This document shows positions 63,447-64,000 of a stretch of DNA of 64,000 nt, one piece after another. The DNA lies in contig CM075990.1 in assembly GCA_038087875.1 (NCBI GenBank), positions 10,850,001 through 10,914,000 of the forward strand. Direction: 5' to 3'. The translations under genes were made by a program, and so were the position numbers. The notes under the pieces are model-generated. The model was not told where the DNA came from and ran no database searches. It saw nothing but the letters and a program-made list of their open reading frames with translations. Position 1 is the first letter of the stretch. Each line of letters starts with the position of its first letter. Origin of the DNA: Malacoraja senta. Taxonomy: Eukaryota.

Positions 63447-63542
63447 CAGTCTGAAGAAGGGTTTCAGCCCGAAACGTTGCCCATTTCCTTCGGTCCATAG
63501 ATGCTGCTGCACCCGCTGAGTTTCTCCAGCATGTTTGTGTAC
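63447..63542 (+). mobile_element. PLE-terminus repeat with a near-intact hammerhead core
   Basis: cagtCTGAAGAagggtttcagcccGAAACGTT, flanked by cacagca. Confidence 0.85.
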
Positions 63543-63559
63543 CACAGCATTAAAAATCC

Positions 63560-64000
63560 TTGACGCACATCATGCGGACCTTGATGGCCATCTACATGAA
63601 TCCCATATCCATCTTTACTGTTCCTATTTAAGTGCCTGCCTAAACGCCTCTTAAACATGGTACTTTTATCTAATTCCACCACCTCCTATGGCAGCGCATT
63701 TCAGACATCAGGCATTGTATATAAAACCTTATTCCTCAGATCTTCTTTAAAATCCACCACTAGCGTTAAACCTATGCCCTCTTATTTTGACACCCCTATT
63801 ACAGGAAAAAAATCTTGACTATCTACCCTGTCGATGCCTCTCAATCTTCTAAACCTTTATCAGGTCACGCCTGGCCTTCTTTCCTGCACAGCAAGCAAGC
63901 CATGCCCATGCAACTTTTATCATATCTAAAGTTCTTCATTCGTGGCAACATCCTGATGAATTATCTGCACTCGCTACCACAATCGCATCCTTCCTATAGA
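63560..64000 (-). mobile_element. Decayed CR1 3' end
   Basis: FKRRLGRHLN..GYG and ggcaacatcctgatgaa..ctgcac, as in other CR1 copies. Confidence 0.75.

Larger units (their letters stand above)
12080..64000 (-). other. GBF1: Upstream GBF1 intron (>52 kb, extends beyond the window)
   Basis: I found no sequence matching the preceding GBF1 exon (DPLLHSF..LKEVLN), and the region is repeat-rich. From memory, the equivalent mammalian intron is also very long. Confidence 0.7.

Noticed and set aside
6563-63542. Recurrent palindromic repeat as a CRISPR-like or bacterial REP system
   Set aside because: Copies are dispersed, have TSDs and are linked to PLE ORFs in a vertebrate intron. There is no repeat-spacer array and no cas genes.

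Overview
This is eukaryotic, AT-rich and repeat-dense DNA. The repeat content (HE1-type V-SINEs, Deu-domain SINEs, many CR1, Rex1 and Penelope copies) points to a cartilaginous fish, probably a skate or ray. The only host coding sequence I can support is one 132-nt minus-strand exon of GBF1 (11948-12079). The rest of the window appears to be its two long flanking introns. Almost all ORFs in the supplied track are spurious or transposon-derived. The real ones are a young 5'-truncated CR1 LINE with an unbroken ORF2 of about 840 codons (35333-38180) and Neptune-like Penelope (PLE) GIY-YIG remnants. The most interesting signal is RNA-structural. About 20 short repeats derived from the PLE 3' terminus occur here, and the better-preserved ones carry a minimal type-I hammerhead ribozyme core (CUGANGA-stem-GAAAC-GUH). 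They appear as solo inserts with TSDs and as fold-back palindromes. Twice they appear as a head-to-head double-hammerhead hairpin inside a PIF/Harbinger-like MITE (complete copy 62539-63238 with TTA TSD; chimeric copy at 16375). Hammerheads in PLEs are already known; capture by a DNA-transposon MITE is the part that may be undescribed. Ribozyme activity is not demonstrated, and helix I looks weak. Candidate enhancer and CTCF motifs are reported with low confidence. All family calls come from recalled motifs, not database searches.
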